From assembly GCF_001949145.1 (NCBI RefSeq), contig NW_019091355.1, positions 2,462,646-2,526,645 of the forward strand: a stretch of DNA of 64,000 nucleotides. The letters run 5' to 3'. The translations under genes and the position numbers were made by a program. The stretch's first letter is position 1. Each line of letters begins with the position of its first letter. Of the stretch, positions 59,564 through 64,000 are shown one piece after another. The DNA comes from Acanthaster planci. Its lineage: Eukaryota. The notes under the pieces were generated by a model. The model searched no databases. It worked only from the letters and a program-made list of their open reading frames with translations, and was not told where the DNA came from.

Positions 59564-62500
59564 GTCAGTTAATATTATATGGGTATTAAAAAAGTAAATG
59601 TGTGTACATGTAAGTGATTTCAGTGCCCCGAGGTATTACAGCGGTAAATCTTCCCATATCGGCGACACTAACTGTAATGCCTACCCACATAAAATAAACA
59701 TTTACTTCATTTGTCTGATAACAACCGATGCCCGCGCGCCGTTGTGTGAACAGTTTTTATGCAGTGGAGCAATGCGGACAAATACTTCAGACTGTTGCAC
59801 TCATATACAAACGCCCGATGTTGGCGTAGCGCTGTCTTAGTAATGCGTCGGAGAAACGGACCCATGCTGTGCGTGACAGTGCATGCATCGGGGAGACGGC
59901 AAAGCCATCTCCATGTGCATAATGAAGCGGCCAGGGACAGCGCATACATGTAGAGCTGCATGCCTGTATAAGATCACCTCTATACGTGGAGGGTATTATA
60001 AATACACGGTATTAACTTCAAGCAGGTCAGTACAGAATGCACAGAATCTGCAGGACAGATTGATCATTGCACACACTGCTCTTTATTTGTTTCTCTTCAT
60101 TCAACATGCTCTCTTTTTTTTCTGTGTAATTTTTTCCGTCGCTGGTCACATTTTTTTTTTTTTTTGCTTAACCGTCTGTGCAGTATTTGTTGCATTTTGT
60201 TTGTTTTCCATTGCGTTCTGTCCCCGTTCATTTTTGGAAGAAGACAGTTTCTGAACGGGCCTCCTGCAGATTGCCCAAAACGTACTCGGCGAGGATGCCA
60301 TTGTACTCTCAACTCTCCAATGGGTTGAGGTGTTGCCATGGCTACGGGCCAGGAAAATGCTGGGGAAGGAAAGCAGGAGGAGACGCAGCGATGCAGGATG
60401 AAAGTCCAAGGAGGATAGTCATTTGTAGATTGATTGCGCTCAGACTGCAGGATCGTCATTCTTTGCCTCCAAAATGCTGTACATGCGCAACGTTTGAATC
60501 TCAATTATACCAGTAATTTGGGCAGCTTACAAACTGGTGCACGTGAATGCCAAGGACCAGTAGGAACGCTCTTGTGCCTTGCCAGATAAAATTTAATGTA
60601 CATGTAGACTGTACAAATGCATTAGAGTGCTTTCATGCACCAACCCAAAAAATTACTCTACATTGATACCAGATGTTTTTGTCTTTTCCTCTGGAAACTT
60701 GTGTCATATGCACGTACATGTACCTACCCGTTCTACTTGTAGCAAGGTTTAACTCCTTAAGTAATCACATATATGCTACATGTATATTGAGATTGAATAT
60801 TAAAAAGAAGACATAACTCAATATATCCATATTAATGTGCCAGTGTATACAAGTACGTGTAACTTGCTTTAACTTCAATCAGATATGGCGCTCAGATTTC
60901 ATGGATCTTCTTACAGTTATTGTTCAATAATAGCATGTCGTATGGACTGACTAGAACACTTTCTTGAAGACGCTGCCATGCATGTATGGACATGCACATG
61001 CTATTGTGTGATCATAACTCTGGAAGGTGCATTTGAAATGTTTGGTACGTGTTTTTTGGCAGTTGAGACTCCAAAGGATACATGTAGCTTAATCTTTTTT
61101 GCCTTCACTGTACGTGTGACTGTAATGTTGTCTCTCATAAACTCACGGGATCTGTTTGCTCATATTTGCAGAGAAGAAAAAATAAGCGTCAGCCAAGCAA
61201 AGAAACGGTACATACGCTAACTTGTCTTTTCATGCCCCTCCCCCCCTCCCTACCATCGCCCCCAGCCTTGTCTTGCCTGCATGTTTTGACTCTCACCGGT
61301 TCTCCTGTGGTCATGCTAAATGCCTGCATGTTTCAACTCACATTCACCAGTTCCCCTGTAGTCATGCTACATGCTGTTTTGTCGTCTTGGTTCCTCCTCT
61401 TTCACTGCCAGGTTTTGGGGTGTTTAATTGCACCATGTTTACTTGATGGCTGGGGGGGGATCTCCAAATATAGAGAAACTCCAAATGCATCACCGTACAC
61501 TGCAGGATGTTTTGTTTGGTCTGGAATCAGTTCAGCAAGAGCCTTTGGAAAAATACACGGGCAAATGGTAACGGAAAGTGTTTACCGAAGGCAATACCGG
61601 TACATGTGCTGTGCAGTATTTTACATTTGATGCACAAGACCGAATGGCAATTACAGACTCACAGCAATACTGCCTTGCTGGAATAATCGAAAGTCCATTA
61701 TGTCATACCTAACAAGACTGCCGATTGGCCAGAGCACTCTGTCCCCGAGCTGTTTCTTGAAGAAAAAAAAACAAATTGCCCATGTTTTATGCAGCAGTTC
61801 ACCGCCCTACTATGCATTTTTTTTTCCACCCCACTGTCGGGTGAAAACAGCAGGTACCGGTAGCCATATTGTGCGATATTTTTAATGTGTGTACATGTAC
61901 TTCCGTTACAGCTTGTCAGTGTACTGGTACATGTTACCCATGGACCCTAATATTACATTAGCGTTCACATTTACTGTGTGCCCGGGTAACCTAACCACTC
62001 AGCGGTAGCAGATCTGTCCCCTTTGTGATTTCACTTTTCACTCTGGTTCTGCATTTCATTTCTTTGGTCCATCTAATTTGATAAGAAAATTTTTCAGATG
62101 CAAGCATTGGCATTGCTAGGTGCCATTATTTACACACATGTACATGCCCCTATACATACATTGTATGTATATTATGCATGGTACGTGTACATGTATAATG
62201 CACCTGTACATGTACATTGTGTTAGAAAAAGCACAAATGACCTGTTTCCATCTCTCCAGGTCATCAGGTCAGTGGATGTCCAGCTTAGGCATGCTCTCCT
62301 CACGACAGTTTGATAAATTTTGATGCAGCAATATTTGTTATCTGCCTGTACCGGTACATGTAGATGTAGGTCGCATCGCATGTCAGGCAAAACACCAAAA
62401 GGGGTTTAGTAGAAGTCGATATGGAAACGTTGGGACAAAATTACGACTGCTGTGGTGCAATGCAGTGGCCCTTCACGTATTTTCCCTCGGGCCATGTGCC

Positions 62501-64000
62501 GTGCACTCATCACACATGTAAACCACTCAAAAATCTCACTCGTTTAAACCATTGAGCAATCAAACCGTGTGGGAAAATTAAGGGGCAGATCATTAACTTT
62601 GCTTTTTTTTTCTCTCGTATGTGCAAGTGACTCCTTGTGCTGAATAAATTACCCTTTTCTGAGTAGGAGTGCATGTCACGCACATGTACATGTACGTAGC
62701 ACAGTATGCATGTGATGTTCAATGTACATGTACTGTACGTGTGCGTTTGCTTTGAAAACCATGAGGCATACATGTACATGTATGTACTCATGTGTAGCCC
62801 TCCAGTTTCAATTTCAAATGATGATTGTCATTGGTAATGCTCTATCGATAGTGAAAATGAGAAGTGGTGACATTGAAATCTGGGAATTTATGTGCACGTG
62901 TACATGTATCTGTCATTGTGTCTATGATGTTACTTCTTTCTGTTTCTTTAAGAGCTTTCCTCACAAGCCTTGGAAGTTGTACTTTTGCCAACATTCTTCA
63001 ACAGGAGATAAGATTGTCTTGCTCACAATAGAAGAAAACTTAAGAAATTTTGGGGGGGGTGTTTTTGGTGGTTTTCTTTTTTTTGACACAAGTGTGTCCA
63101 CAGAATTGGTGTTTACAGTTTCTACAAAGTGTGTATTTTATTTTACAAGTGGAATAGCCACATTGTCCCTTTTGAAATGTGCCAGCCGTGGTCTGGGGTG
63201 TACCGGTATGTATGGGAATACTGTACAAGACATTTATCAGCGTGCATGTGATTTTTCATATTTTTTGTCATTATCAGTTTTCCATTCATTATCAGCACAT
63301 CTTTCACACTTTCCTGTATCCGCACGGTACACAGTCCATGCCATATTCCTGCTTTTGACAGATGTATTATGCATCATAGTTGTTCCCTTTCTCGTTGGTT
63401 ACCTTGGTTGAAGGCCAGTTCATCATGCTTTCACCGGTACCTGTTTTGTTCCTTTTTTTTTGAATCAGCCGTTTGTAGCCGATACATTATTTGTGCAGTG
63501 TCGGCTTTTTCATATTTCAGAATACGTGCAAGTGTGCCAATTGTTTTAGACAATATGTTCTAGAATCCATCGATTTGTGGGTTAATTTTTATCTGCCACA
63601 TGTACATGTACATACAGTAAACATGTAATGCAGTGTGTGATAATAATGTACATGTACATAAGAGTGACTGATTACATGTACATACAGGTACACCCTGTGA
63701 TGAATCTTCTTTAAAGTTTAGGTTTAGTTTGTGTGTGGCAGTTTAGTTTATAAATGTGTTTCATTTGTAGTGTGCATGAGCAAAAATATTGTGATTGTTG
63801 TTTTTATTATTAATACATCATGGCTGATTTTTATTTTTATTAAAAAACAATTCAAACAATCACGATTGGCCTGTAAACATTATAGGTATAGTACATGGAG
63901 TGAATATTCAACACAAGTGCGAGACTTGTTCAACAGATGATGCCAGCCGTTGCTGCATACCCGTTGTTAAATTAGCAATGTTTATTTCATGCAATGTACA

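Larger units (their letters stand above)
44480..64000. repeat. Domain dense in dispersed (TACATG)n / GTACATGTAC simple repeats across the PDE introns
   Basis: Very frequent TACATGTA words; they generate the many MYMY/CTCT/VHVH spurious ORFs. Confidence 0.75.

Noticed and set aside
62722..63411. 229-aa ORF and many other MYMY/CTCT/VHVH-rich ORFs in 44-64 kb
   Set aside because: Translations of TACATG and T-rich low-complexity intron sequence; no recognisable domain or splice-consistent link.

Overview
Animal (eukaryotic) genomic DNA with spliced genes. It is probably a marine invertebrate deuterostome, most likely an echinoderm such as a sea star; this is inferred from the gene set and repeat style, not from a search. 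Six intron-containing genes were reconstructed by hand with frame-consistent splice sites. (1) A divergent GABA-B-receptor-like class C GPCR (minus strand, 14 exons, runs off the left edge). (2) A CHST8-14-type carbohydrate sulfotransferase (minus, probable GC-AG intron). (3) POLR3D/RPC4 (minus, 8 exons), head-to-head with (4) a THAP zinc-finger gene carrying an HCF-1-binding motif (plus). (5) The sperm channel subunit CatSper3 (plus, 8 exons, complete). (6) 1.4 kb downstream, a GAF-domain PDE5/PDE11-like phosphodiesterase (plus, first 4 exons; continues past the right edge). Introns hold tRNA-derived SINEs, several MITE families (some with visible target-site duplications), short tandem arrays, near-perfect hairpins and a TACATGTA-dense domain. 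Most short ORFs in the track are spurious. No prokaryote-type system (CRISPR, operon, etc.) is present. The main points of interest are the unusual CatSper3 filter and S4, the CatSper3-PDE adjacency, the rewired GABA-B-like ligand pocket, and a MITE family with 10-bp TSDs.
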